DNA from: the human T2T-CHM13v2.0 reference genome, Homo sapiens
Length of the DNA stretch: 64,000 nucleotides
Direction: 5' to 3' (one strand)
Assembly (NCBI RefSeq): GCF_009914755.1
Contig: NC_060942.1
Below are positions 37,201 through 51,539 of the stretch, in pieces. A program made the translations under genes and the position numbers. The first letter of the stretch is position 1; each line of letters begins with the position of its first letter. The notes beneath the pieces were generated by a model. It saw only the letters and a program-made list of their open reading frames with translations. It had not been told where the DNA came from and made no database searches.

Positions 37201-40200
37201 TGGAAGTGGACATTTGGAGCGCTTTCAGGCCTATGTTGAAAAAGGAAAAATCTTCCCATAACAACTAGACAGAAGCATTCTCAGAAACTTGTTGGTGATG
37301 TGTTTCCTCTACTGACAGAGTTGAACCTTTCTTTTCATAGAGCAGTTTCGAAACACTCTTTTTGTAGAATCTGCAAGAGGATATTTGCATAGCTCTGAGG
37401 ATTTCGTGGGAAACGGGATTGTCTTCAGGTAAAATCTAGACAGAAGCATTCTCAGAAACTTCTTCGGGATGTTTGCATTCAAGTCACAGAGTAGAACATT
37501 CCCTTTGGTAGAGCAGGTTTGAAACACTCTTTTTGTAGTATCTGGAAGTGGACATTTGTTGCGCTTTCAGGCCTATGTTGGAAAGGGAAATATCTTCCCG
37601 TAACAACTAGGCAGAAGCATTCTCAGAAACTTATTTGAGATGTGTGTACTCAACTAAGAGAATTGAACCACCGTTTTGAAGGAGCAGTTTGGAAACACTC
37701 TTTTTCTGGAATCTGCAAGAGGATATTTGCCTAGCTTTGAGGATTTCGTTGGAAAAGGGATTGTCTTCAGATCAAATCTAGACAGAAGCATTCTCAGAAA
37801 CTTCTTTGGGATGTTTGCATTCAAGTCACAGAGTAGAACATTCCTTTGGTAGAGCAGGTTTGAAACACTCTTTTTTTAGTATATGGAAGTGGACATTTGG
37901 AGCGCTTTCAGGCCTACGTTGGAAAAGGAAATATCTTCCCATAACAACTAGACAGAAGCATTCTCAGAAACTAGTTTCTGATGTGTGTCCTCAACTAACA
38001 CAGTTGAACATTTCTTTAGACAGAACAGTTTTGAAACACTCTTTTTGTGGAATCTGCAAGTGGCTATTTGGCTAGATTTGAGGATTTCGTTGGAAACGGG
38101 ATTACATATAAAAAGCAGACAGCAGCATTCTCAGAAACTTCTTTGTGATGATTGCATTCAAGTCACAGAATTGAACATTCCCTTTCACAGAGCAGGTTTG
38201 AAACACTCTTTTTGTAGTGTGTGTAAGTGGACATTTGGAACGATTTCCGGCCTAAGGTGAACAAGGAAATATCTTCCCATAAAAACTAGACCGAAGCATT
38301 CTCAGAAACTTACTCGTGATGAGTGTCCTCAACTAAAAGAGTAGAACCTTTCTTTTCATAGAGAAGTTTTGAAACGCTCTTTTTGTGGAATCTGCAAGTG
38401 GATATTTGGCTGGTTTGGAGGATTTCGTTGGAAGCGGGAATTCATACAAGTTGCAGACTGCAGCGTTCTGAGAAACACCTTTGTGATGTTTGTATTCAGG
38501 ACACAGAGTTGAACATTCCCTATCATAGAGCATGTTTGAATCACTCCTTTTGTAGTATCTGGAAGTGGACATTTGGAGCGCTTTCAGGCCTATGTTGAAA
38601 AAGGAAAAATCTTCCCATAACAACTAGACAGAAGCATTCTCAGAAACTTGTTGGTGATGTGTTTCCTCTACTGACAGAGTTGAACCTTTCTTTTCATAGA
38701 GCAGTTTTGAAACACTCTTTTTGTAGAATCTGCAAGAGGATATTTGCATAGCTCTGAGGATTTCGTGGGAAACGGGATTGTCTTCAGGTAAAATCTAGAC
38801 AGAAGCATTCTCAGAAACTTCTTCGGGATGTTTGCATTCAAGTCACAGAGTAGAACATTCCCTTCGGTAGAGCAGGTTTGAAACACTCTTTTTGTAGTAT
38901 CTGGAAGTGGACATTTGTTGCGCTTTCAGGCCTATGTTGGAAAGGGAAATATCTTCCCGTAACAACTAGGCAGAAGCATTCTCAGAAACTTATTTGAGAT
39001 GTGTGTACTCAACTAAGAGAATTGAACCACCGTTTTGAAGGAGCAGTTTGGAAACACTCTTTTTCTGGAATCTGCAAGAGGATATTTGCCTAGCTTTGAG
39101 GATTTCGTTGGAAAAGGGATTGTCTTCAGATCAAATCTAGACAGAAGCATTCTCAGAAACTTCTTTGGGATGTTTGCATTCAAGTCACAGAGTAGAACAT
39201 TCCTTTGGTAGAGCAGGTTTGAAACACTCTTTTTTTAGTATATGGAAGTGGACATTTGGAGCGCTTTCAGGCCTACGTTGGAAAAGGAAATATCTTCCCA
39301 TAACAACTAGACAGAAGCATTCTCAGAAACTAGTTTCTGATGTGTGTCCTCAACTAACACAGTTGAACATTTCTTTAGAGAGAACAGTTTTGAAACACTC
39401 TTTTTGTGGAATCTGCAAGTGGATATTTGGCTAGATTTGAGGATTTCGTTGGAAACGGGATTACATATAAAAAGCAGACAGCAGCATTCTCAGAAACTTC
39501 TTTGTGATGATTGCATTCAAGTCACAGAATTGAACATTCCCTTTCACAGAGCAGGTTTGAAACACTCTTTTTGTAGTGTGTGTAAGTGGACATTTGGAAC
39601 GCTTTCCGGCCTAAGGTGAACAAGGAAATATCTTCCCATAAAAACTAGACAGAAGCATTCTCAGAAACTTACTCGTGATGTGTGTCCTCAACTAAAGGAG
39701 TAGAACCTTTCTTTTCATAGAGAAGTTTTGAAACGCTCTTTTTGTGGAATCTGCAAGTGGATATTTGGCTAGTTTGGAGGATTTCGTTGGAAGCGGGAAT
39801 TCATACAAGATGCAGACTGCAGCGTTCTGAGAAACATCTTTGTGATGTTTGTATTCAGGACACAGAGTTGAACATTCCCTATCATAGAGCAGGTTTGAAT
39901 CACTCCTTTTGTAGTATCTGGAAGTGGACATTTGGAGCGCTTTCAGGCCTATGTTGGAAAAGGAAATATCTTCCCATAACAACTAGACAGAAGCATTCCC
40001 AGAAACTTATTTGAGATGTGTGTACTCAACTAAGAGAATTGAACCACCGTTTTGAAGGAGCAGTTTGGAAACACTCTTTTTCTGGAATCTGCAAGTGGAT
40101 ATTTGGCTAGCTTTGGGGATTTCGCTGGAAGCGGGAATACATATAAAAAGCACACAGCAGCGTTCTGAGAAACTGCTTTCTGATGTTTGCATTCAAGTCA

Positions 40201-41710
40201 AAAGTTGAACACTCCCTTTCATAGAGCAGTCTTGAAACACCCCTTTTGTAGTATCTGGAACTGGACATTTGGAGCGCTTTCAGGGCTAAGGTGAAAAAGG
40301 AAATATCTTCCCATAAAAACTGGACAGAAGCATTCTCAGAAACTTGTTTATGCTGTATCTACTCAACTAACTAAGTTGAACCTTTCTTTTGATAGAGCAG
40401 TTTTGAAATGCTCTTTTTGTGGAATCTGCAAGTGGATATTTGGCTAGTTTTGAGGATTTCGTTGGAAGCGGGAATTCATACAAATTGCAGACTGCAGCGT
40501 TCTGAGAAACATCTTTGTGATGTTTGTATTCAGGACACAGAGTTGAACATTCCCTATCATAGAGCAGGTTGGGATCACTCCTTTTGTGGTATCTGGAAGT
40601 GGACATTTGGAGCGCTTTCAGGCCTATGTTGAAAAAGGAAAAATCTTCCCATAACAACTAGACAGAAGCATTCTCAGAAACTTGTTGGTGATGTGTTTCC
40701 TCTACTGACAGAGTTGAACCTTTCTTTTCATAGAGCAGTTTCGAAACACTCTTTTTGTAGAATCTGCAAGAGGATATTTGCATAGCTCTGAGGATTTCGT
40801 GGGAAACGGGATTGTCTTCAGGTAAAATCTAGACAGAAGCATTCTCAGAAACTTCTTCGGGATGTTTGCATTCAAGTCACAGAGTAGAACATTCCCTTTG
40901 GTAGAGCAGGTTTGAAACACTCTTTTTGTAGTATCTGGAAGTGGACATTTGTTGCGCTTTCAGGCCTATGTTGGAAACGGAAATATCTTCCCGTAACAAC
41001 TAGGCAGAAGCATTCTCAGAAACTTATTTGAGATGTGTGTACTCAACTAAGAGAATTGAACCACCGTTTTGAAGGAGCAGTTTGGAAACACTCTTTTTCT
41101 GGAATCTGCAAGAGGATATTTGCCTAGCTTTGAGGATTTCGTTGGAAAAGGGATTGTCTTCAGATCAAATCTAGACAGAAGCATTCTCAGAAACTTCTTT
41201 GGGATGTTTGCATTCAAGTCACAGAGTAGAACATTCCTTTGGTAGAGCAGGTTTGAAACACTCTTTTTTTAGTATATGGAAGTGGACATTTGGAGCGCTT
41301 TCAGGCCTACGTTGGAAAAGGAAATATCTTCCCATAACAACTAGACAGAAGCATTCTCAGAAACTAGTTTCTGATGTGTGTCCTCAACTAACACAGTTGA
41401 ACATTTCTTTAGACAGAACAGTTTTGAAACACTCTTTTTGTGGAATCTGCAAGTGGATATTTGGCTAGATGTGAGGATTTCGTTGGAAACGGGATTACAT
41501 ATAAAAAGCAGACAGCAGCATTCTCAGAAACTTCTTTGTGATGATTGCATTCAAGTCACAGAATTGAACATTCCCTTTCACAGAGCAGGTTTGAAACACT
41601 CTTTTTGTAGTGTGTGTAAGTGGACATTTGGAGCGCTTTCCGGCCTAAGGTGAACAAGGAAATATCTTCCCATAAAAACTAGACAGAAGCATTCTCAGAA
41701 ACTTACTCGT
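34250..41710 (+). repeat. 7461-bp four-HOR block, copy 2 (tandem duplicate)
   Basis: Same unit order and same private SNPs as 26789-34249. Noted differences are at ~38478 (AAACACCT) and 41471 (GATGTGAGG). Confidence 0.92.
38318..39676 (+). repeat. 8-mer HOR structural variant, second copy
   Basis: Unit spacing is 1359, with the same private SNPs as 30857-32215. Confidence 0.94.
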
Positions 41711-44700
41711 GATGTGTGTCCTCAACTAAAGGAGTAGAACCTTTCTTTTCATAGAGAAGTTTTGAAACGCTCTTTTTGTGGAATCTGCAAGTGGATATTT
41801 GGCTAGTTTGGAGGATTTCGTTGGAAGCGGGAATTCATACAAGATGCAGACTGCAGCGTTCTGAGAAACATCTTTGTGATGTTTGTATTCAGGACACAGA
41901 GTTGAACATTCCCTATCATAGAGCAGGTTTGAATCACTCCTTTTGTAGTATCTGGAAGTGGACATTTGGAGCGCTTTCAGGCCTATGTTGGAAAAGGAAA
42001 TATCTTCCCATAACAACTAGACAGAAGCATTCCCAGAAACTTATTTGAGATGTGTGTACTCAACTAAGAGAATTGAACCACCGTTTTGAAGGAGCAGTTT
42101 GGAAACACTCTTTTTCTGGAATCTGCAAGTGGATATTTGGCTAGCTTTGGGGATTTCGCTGGAAGCGGGAATACATATAAAAAGCACACAGCAGCGTTCT
42201 GAGAAACTGCTTTCTGATGTTTGCATTCAAGTCAAAAGTTGAACACTCCCTTTCATAGAGCAGTCTTGAAACACCCCTTTTGTAGTATCTGGAACTGGAC
42301 ATTTGGAGCGCTTTCAGGGCTAAGGTGAAAAAGGAAATATCTTCCCATAAAAACTGGACAGAAGCATTCTCAGAAACTTGTTTATGCTGTATCTACTCAA
42401 CTAACTAAGTTGAACCTTTCTTTTGATAGAGCAGTTTTGAAATGCTCTTTTTGTGGAATCTGCAAGTGGATATTTGGCTAGTTTTGAGGATTTCGTTGGA
42501 AGCGGGAATTCATACAAATTGCAGACTGCAGCGTTCTGAGAAACATCTTTGTGATGTTTGTATTCAGGACACAGAGTTGAACATTCCCTATCATAGAGCA
42601 GGTTGGGATCACTCCTTTTGTAGTATCTGGAAGTGGACATTTGGAGCGCTTTCAGGCCTATGTTGAAAAAGGAAAAATCTTCCCATAACAACTAGACAGA
42701 AGCATTCTCAGAAACTTGTTGGTGATGTGTTTCCTCTACTGACAGAGTTGAACCTTTCTTTTCATAGAGCAGTTTCGAAACACTCTTTTTGTAGAATCTG
42801 CAAGAGGATATTTGCATAGCTCTGAGGATTTCGTGGGAAACGGGATTGTCTTCAGGTAAAATCTAGACAGAAGCATTCTCAGAAACTTCTTCGGGATGTT
42901 TGCATTCAAGTCACAGAGTAGAACATTCCCTTTGGTAGAGCAGGTTTGAAACACTCTTTTTGTAGTATCTGGAAGTGGACATTTGTTGCGCTTTCAGGCC
43001 TATGTTGGAAACGGAAATATCTTCCCGTAACAACTAGGCAGAAGCATTCTCAGAAACTTATTTGAGATGTGTGTACTCAACTAAGAGAATTGAACCACCG
43101 TTTTGAAGGAGCAGTTTGGAAACACTGTTTTTCTGGAATCTGCAAGAGGATATTTGCCTAGCTTTGAGGATTTCGTTGGAAAAGGGATTGTCTTCAGATC
43201 AAATCTAGACAGAAGCATTCTCAGAAACTTCTTTGGGATGTTTGCATTCAAGTCACAGAGTAGAACATTCCTTTGGTAGAGCAGGTTTGAAACACTCTTT
43301 TTTTAGTATATGGAAGTGGACATTTGGAGCGCTTTCAGGCCTACGTTGGAAAAGGAAATATCTTCCCATAACAACTAGACAGAAGCATTCTCAGAAACTA
43401 GTTTCTGATGTGTGTCCTCAACTACCACAGTTGAACATTTCTTTAGACAGAACAGTTTTGAAACACTCTTTTTGTGGAATCTGCAAGTGGATATTTGGCT
43501 AGATGTGAGGATTTCGTTGGAAACGGGATTACATATAAAAAGCAGACAGCAGCATTCTCAGAAACTTCTTTGTGATGATTGCATTCAAGTCACAGAATTG
43601 AACATTCCCTTTCACAGAGCAGGTTTGAAACACTCTTTTTGTAGTGTGTGTAAGTGGACATTTGGAGCGCTTTCCGGCCTAAGGTGAACAAGGAAATATC
43701 TTCCCATAAAAACTAGACAGAAGCATTCTCAGAAACTTACTCGTGATGTGTGTCCTCAACTAAAGGAGTAGAACCTTTCTTTTCATAGAGAAGTTTTGAA
43801 ACGCTCTTTTTGTGGAATCTGCAAGTGGATATTTGGCTAGTTTGGAGGATTTCGTTGGAAGCGGGAATTCATACAAGATGCAGACTGCAGCGTTCTGAGA
43901 AACATCTTTGTGATGTTTGTATTCAGGACACAGAGTTGAACATTCCCTATCATAGAGCAGGTTTGAATCACTCCTTTTGTAGTATCTGGAAGTGGACATT
44001 TGGAGCGCTTTCAGGCCTATGTTGGAAAAGGAAATATCTTCCCATAACAACTAGACAGAAGCTTTCCCAGAAACTTATTTGAGATGTGTGTACTCAACTA
44101 AGAGAATTGAACCACCGTTTTGAAGGAGCAGTTTGGAAACACTCTTTTTCTGGAATCTGCAAGTGGATATTTGGCTAGCTTTGGGGATTTCGCTGGAAGC
44201 GGGAATACATATAAATAGCACACAGCAGCGTTCTGAGAAACTGCTTTCTGATGTTTGCATTCAAGTCAAAAGTTGAACACTCCCTTTCATAGAGCAGTCT
44301 TGAAACACCCCTTTTGTAGTATCTGGAACTGGAAATTTGGAGCGCTTTCAGGGCTAAGGTGAAAAAGGAAATATCTTCCCATAAAAACTGGACAGAAGCA
44401 TTCTCAGAAACTTGTTTATGCTGTATCTACTCAACTAACAAAGTTGAACCTTTCTTTTGATAGAGCAGTTTTGAAATGCTCTTTTTGTGGAATCTGCAAG
44501 TGGATATTTGGCTAGTTTTGAGGATTTCGTTGGAAGCGGGAATTCATACAAATTGCAGACTGCAGCGTTCTGAGAAACATCTTTGTGATGTTTGTATTCA
44601 GGACACAGAGTTGAACATTCCCTATCATAGAGCAGGTTGGGATCACTCCTTTTGTAGTATCTGGAAGTGGACATTTGGAGCGCTTTCAGGCCTATGTTGA

Positions 44701-47700
44701 AAAAGGAAAAATCTTCCCATAACAACTAGACAGAAGCATTCTCAGAAACTTGTTGGTGATGTGTTTCCTCTACTGACAGAGTTGAACCTTTCTTTTCATA
44801 GAGCAGTTTCGAAACACTCTTTTTGTAGAATCTGCAAGAGGATATTTGCATAGCTCTGAGGATTTCGTGGGAAACGGGATTGTCTTCAGGTAAAATCTAG
44901 ACAGAAGCATTCTCAGAAACTTCTTCGGGATGTTTGCATTCAAGTCACAGAGTAGAACATTCCCTTTGGTAGAGCAGGTTTGAAACACTCTTTTTGTAGT
45001 ATCTGGAAGTGGACATTTGTTGCGCTTTCAGGCCTATGTTGGAAACGGAAATATCTTCCCGTAACAACTAGGCAGGAGCATTCTCAGAAACTTATTTGAG
45101 ATGTGTGTACTCAACTAAGAGAATTGAACCACCGTTTTGAAGGAGCAGTTTGGAAACACTCTTTTTCTGGAATCTGCAAGAGGATATTTGCCTAGCTTTG
45201 AGGATTTCGTTGGAAAAGGGATTGTCTTCAGATCAAATCTAGACAGAAGCATTCTCAGAAACTTCTTTGGGATGTTTGCATTCAAGTCACAGAGTAGAAC
45301 ATTCCTTTGGTAGAGCAGGTTTGAAACACTCTTTTTTTAGTATATGGAAGTGGACATTTGGAGCGCTTTCAGGCCTACGTTGGAAAAGGAAATATCTTCC
45401 CATAACAACTAGACAGAAGCATTCTCAGAAACTAGTTTCTGATGTGTGTAATCAACTAACACAGTTGAACATTTCTTTAGACAGAACAGTTTTGAAACAC
45501 TCTTTTTGTGGAATCTGCAAGTGGATATTTGGCTAGATTTGAGGATTTCGTTGGAAACGGGATTACATATAAAAAGCAGACAGCAGCATTCTCAGAAACT
45601 TCTTTGTGATGATTGCATTCAAGTCACAGAATTGAACATTCCCTTTCACAGAGCAGGTTTGAAACACTCTTTTTGTAGTGTGTGTAAGTGGACATTTGGA
45701 GCGCTTTCGGGCCTAAGGTGAACAAGGAAATATCTTCCCATAAAAACTAGACAGAAGCATTCTCAGAAACTTACTCGTGATGTGTGTCCTCAACTAAAGG
45801 AGTAGAACCTTTCTTTTCATAGAGAAGTTTTGAAACGCTCTTTTTGTGGAATCTGCAAGTGGATATTTGGCTAGTTTGGAGGATTTCGCTGGAAGCGGGA
45901 ATTCATACAAGATGCAGACTGCAGCGTTCTGAGAAACATCTTTGTGATGTTTGTATTCAGGACACAGAGTTGACCATTCCCTATCATAGAGCAGGTTTGA
46001 ATCACTCCTTTTGTAGTATCTGGAAGTGGACATTTGGAGCGCTTTCAGGCCTATGTTGGAAAAGGAAATATCTTCCCATAACAACTAGACAGAAGCATTC
46101 CCAGAAACTTATTTGAGATGTGTGTACTCAACTAAGAGAATTGAACCACCGTTTTGAAGGAGCAGTTTGAAAACACTCTTTTTCCGGAATCTGCAAGTGG
46201 ATATTTGGCTAGCTTTGGGGATTTCGCTGGAAGCGGGAATACATATAAAAAGCACACAGCAGCGTTCTGAGAAACTGCTTTCTGATGTTTGCATTCAAGT
46301 CAAAAGTTGAACACTCCCTTTCATAGAGCAGTCTTGAAACACCCCTTTTGTAGTATCTGGAACTGGAAATTTGGAGCGCTTTCAGGGCTAAGGTGAAAAA
46401 GGAAATATCTTCCCATAAAAACTGGACAGAAGCATTCTCAGAAACTTGTTTATGCTGTATCTACTCAACTAACAAAGTTGAACCTTTCTTTTGATAGAGC
46501 AGTTTTGAAATGCTCTTTTTGTGGAATCTGCAAGTGGATATTTGGCTAGTTTTGAGGATTTCGTTGGAAGCGGGAATTCATACAAATTGCAGACTGCAGC
46601 GTTCTGAGAAACATCTTTGTGATGTTTGTATTCAGGACACAGAGTTGAACATTCCCTATCATAGAGCAGGTTGGGATCACTCCTTTTGTAGTATCTGGAA
46701 GTGGACATTTGGAGCGCTTTCAGGCCTATGTTGAAAAAGGAAAAATCTTCCCATAACAACTAGACAGAAGCATTCTCAGAAACTTGTTGGTGATGTGTTT
46801 CCTCTACTGACAGAGTTGAACCTTTCTTTTCATAGAGCAGTTTCGAAACACTCTTTTTGTAGAATCTGCAAGAGGATATTTGCATAGCTCTGAGGATTTC
46901 GTGGGAAACGGGATTGTCTTCAGGTAAAATCTAGACAGAAGCATTCTCAGAAACTTCTTCGGGATGTTTGCATTCAAGTCACAGAGTAGAACATTCCCTT
47001 TGGTAGAGCAGGTTTGAAACACTCTTTTTGTAGTATCTGGAAGTGGACATTTGTTGCGCTTTCAGGCCTATGTTGGAAACGGAAATATCTTCCCGTAACA
47101 ACTAGGCAGAAGCATTCTCAGAAACTTATTTGAGATGTGTGTACTCAACTAAGAGAATTGAACCACCGTTTTGAAGGAGCAGTTTGGAAACACTCTTTTT
47201 CTGGAATCTGCAAGAGGATATTTGCCTAGCTTTGAGGATTTCGTTGGAAAAGGGATTGTCTTCAGATCAAATCTAGACAGAAGCATTCTCAGAAACTTCT
47301 TTGGGATGTTTGCATTCAAGTCACAGAGTAGAACATTCCTTTGGTAGAGCAGGTTTGAAACACTCTTTTTTTAGTATATGGAAGTGGACATTTGGAGCGC
47401 TTTCAGGCCTACGTTGGAAAAGGAAATATCTTCCCATAACAACTAGACAGAAGCATTCTCAGAAACTAGTTTCTGATGTGTGTCCTCAACTAACACAGTT
47501 GAACATTTCTTTAGACAGAACAGTTTTGAAACACTCTTTTTGTGGAATCTGCAAGTGGATATTTGGCTAGATTTGAGGATTTCGTTGGAAACGGGATTAC
47601 ATATAAAAAGCAGACAGCAGCATTCTCAGAAACTTCTTTGTGATGATTGCATTCAAGTCACAGAATTGAACATTCCCTTTCACAGAGCAGGTTTGAAACA

Positions 47701-49846
47701 CTCTTTTTGTAGTGTGTGTAAGTGGACATTTGGAGCGCTTTCCGGCCTAAGGTGAACAAGGAAATATCTTCCCATAAAAACTAGACAGAAGCATTCTCAG
47801 AAACTTACTCGTGATGTGTGTCCTCAACTAAAGGAGTAGAACCTTTCTTTTCATAGAGAAGTTTTGAAACGCTCTTTTTGTGGAATCTGCAAGTGGATAT
47901 TTGGCTAGTTTGGAGGATTTCGCTGGAAGCGGGAATTCATACAAGATGCAGACTGCAGCGTTCTGAGAAACATCTTTGTGATGTTTGTATTCAGGACACA
48001 GAGTTGACCATTCCCTATCATAGAGCAGGTTTGAATCACTCCTTTTGTAGTATCTGGAAGTGGACATTTGGAGCGCTTTCAGGCCTATGTTGGAAAAGGA
48101 AATATCTTCCCATAACAACTAGACAGAAGCATTCCCAGAAACTTATTTGAGATGTGTGTACTCAACTAAGAGAATTGAACCACCGTTTTGAAGGAGCAGT
48201 TTGAAAACACTCTTTTTCCGGAATCTGCAAGTGGATATTTGGCTAGCTTTGGGGATTTCGCTGGAAGCGGGAATACATATAAAAAGCACACAGCAGCGTT
48301 CTGAGAAACTGCTTTCTGATGTTTGCATTCAAGTCAAAAGTTGAACACTCCCTTTCATAGAGCAGTCTTGAAACACCCCTTTTGTAGTATCTGGAACTGG
48401 AAATTTGGAGCGCTTTCAGGGCTAAGGTGAAAAAGGAAATATCTTCCCATAAAAACTGGACAGAAGCATTCTCAGAAACTTGTTTATGCTGTATCTACTC
48501 AACTAACTAAGTTGAACCTTTCTTTTGATAGAGCAGTTTTGAAATGCTCTTTTTGTGGAATCTGCAAGTGGATATTTGGCTAGTTTTGAGGATTTCGTTG
48601 GAAGCGGGAATTCATACAAATTGCAGACTGCAGCGTTCTGAGAAACATCTTTGTGATGTTTGTATTCAGGACACAGAGTTGAACATTCCCTATCATAGAG
48701 CAGGTTGGGATCACTCCTTTTGTAGTATCTGGAAGTGGACATTTGGAGCGCTTTCAGGCCTATGTTGAAAAAGGAAAAATCTTCCCATAACAACTAGACA
48801 GAAGCATTCTCAGAAACTTGTTGGTGATGTGTTTCCTCTACTGACAGAGTTGAACCTTTCTTTTCATAGAGCAGTTTCGAAACACTCTTTTTGTAGAATC
48901 TGCAAGAGGATATTTGCATAGCTCTGAGGATTTCGTGGGAAACGGGATTGTCTTCAGGTAAAATCTAGACAGAAGCATTCTCAGAAACTTCTTCGGGATG
49001 TTTGCATTCAAGTCACAGAGTAGAACATTCCCTTTGGTAGAGCAGGTTTGAAACACTCTTTTTGTAGTATCTGGAAGTGGACATTTGTTGCGCTTTCAGG
49101 CCTATGTTGGAAACGGAAATATCTTCCCGTAACAACTAGGCAGAAGCATTCTCAGAAACTTATTTGAGATGTGTGTACTCAACTAAGAGAATTGAACCAC
49201 CGTTTTGAAGGAGCAGTTTGGAAACACTCTTTTTCTGGAATCTGCAAGAGGATATTTGCCTAGCTTTGAGGATTTCGTTGGAAAAGGGATTGTCTTCAGA
49301 TCAAATCTAGACAGAAGCATTCTCAGAAACTTCTTTGGGATGTTTGCATTCAAGTCACAGAGTAGAACATTCCTTTGGTAGAGCAGGTTTGAAACACTCT
49401 TTTTTTAGTATATGGAAGTGCACATTTGGAGCGCTTTCAGGCCTACGTTGGAAAAGGAAATATCTTCCCATAACAACTAGACAGAAGCTTTCTCAGAAAC
49501 TAGTTTCTGATGTGTGTCCTCAACTAACACAGTTGAACATTTCTTTAGACAGAACAGTTTTGAAACACTCTTTTTGTGGAATCTGCAAGTGGATATTTGG
49601 CTAGATTTGAGGATTTCGTTGGAAACGGGATTACATATAAAAAGCAGACAGCAGCATTCTCAGAAACTTCTTTTTGATGATTGCATTCAAGTCACAGAAT
49701 TGAACATTCCCTTTCACAGAGCAGGTTTGAAACACTCTTTTTGTAGTGTGTGTAAGTGGACATTTGGAGCGCTTTCCGGCCTAAGGTGAACAAGGAAATA
49801 TCTTCCCATAAAAACTAGACAGAAGCATTCTCAGAAACTTACTCGT

Positions 49847-51539
49847 GATGTGTGTCCTCAACTAAAGGAGTAGAACCTTTCTTTTCATAGAGAAGTTTTG
49901 AAACGCTCTTTTTGTGGAATCTGCAAGTGGATATTTGGCTAGTTTGGAGGATTTCGCTGGAAGCGGGAATTCATACAAGATGCAGACTGCAGCGTTCTGA
50001 GAAACATCTTTGTGATGTTTGTATTCAGGACACAGAGTTGACCATTCCCTATCATAGAGCAGGTTTGAATCACTCCTTTTGTAGTATCTGGAAGTGGACA
50101 TTTGGAGCGCTTTCAGGCCTATGTTGGAAAAGGAAATATCTTCCCATAACAACTAGACAGAAGCATTCCCAGAAACTTATTTGAGATGTGTGTACTCAAC
50201 TAAGAGAATTGAACCACCGTTTTGAAGGAGCAGTTTGGAAACACTCTTTTTCTGGAATCTGCAAGTGGATATTTGGCTAGCTTTGGGGATTTCGCTGGAA
50301 GCGGGAATACATATAAAAAGCACACAGCAGCGTTCTGAGAAACTGCTTTCTGATGTTTGCATTCAAGTCAAAAGTTGAACACTCCCTTTCATAGAGCAGT
50401 CTTGAAACACCCCTTTTGTAGTATCTGGAACTGGACATTTGGAGCGCTTTCAGGGCTAAGGTGAAAAAGGAAATATCTTCCCATAAAAACTGGACAGAAG
50501 CATTCTCAGAAACTTGTTTATGCTGTATCTACTCAACTAACTAAGTTGAACCTTTCTTTTGATAGAGCAGTTTTGAAATGCTCTTTTTGTGGAATCTGCA
50601 AGTGGATATTTGGCTAGTTTTGAGGATTTCGTTGGAAGCGGGAATTCATACAAATTGCAGACTGCAGCGTTCTGAGAAACATCTTTGTGATGTTTGTATT
50701 CAGGACACAGAGTTGAACATTCCCTATCATAGAGCAGGTTGGGATCACTCCTTTTGTAGTATCTGGAAGTGGACATTTGGAGCGCTTTCAGGCCTATGTT
50801 GGAAAAGGAAATATCTTCCCATAACAACTAGACAGAAGCATTCCCAGAAACTTATTTGAGATGTGTGTACTCAACTAAGAGAATTGAACCACCGTTTTGA
50901 AGGAGCAGTTTTGAAACACTCTTTTTCTGGAATCTGCAAGAGGATATTTGCCTAGCTTTGAGGATTTCGTTGGAAACGGGATTGTCTTCAGATCAAATCT
51001 AGACAGAAGCATTCTCAGAAACTTCTTTGGGATGTTTGCATTCAAGTCACGGAGTAGAACATTCCCTTTGGTAGAGCAGGTTTGAAACACTCTTTTTTTA
51101 GTATATGGAAGTGGACATTTGGAGCGCTTTCAGGCCTACGTTGGAAAAGGAAATATCTTCCCATAACAACTAGACAGAAGCATTCTCAGAAACTAGTTTC
51201 TGATGTGTGTCCTCAACTAACACAGTTGAACATTTCTTTAGACAGAACAGTTTTGAAACATTGTTTTTGTGGAATCTGCAAGTGGATATTTGGCTAGATT
51301 TGAGGATTTCGTTGGAAACGGGATTACATATAAAAAGCAGACAGCAGCATTCTCAGAAACTTGTTTGTGATGATTGCATTCAAGTCACAGAATTGAACAT
51401 TCCCTTTCACAGAGCAGGTTTGAAACACTGTTTTTGTAGTGTGTGTAAGTGGACATTTGGAGCGCTTTCCGGCCTAAGGTGAACAAGGAAATATCTTCCC
51501 ATAAAAACTATACAGAAGCATTCTCAGAAACTTACTCGT
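49847..51539 (+). repeat. 10-mer HOR structural variant (1693 bp = 2035 - 342; m7-m8 missing)
   Basis: Unit spacing is 1693. m6 is followed directly by an m3/m9-type monomer, and the GTGGGAAACGGG (m7) box is absent. Confidence 0.93.
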
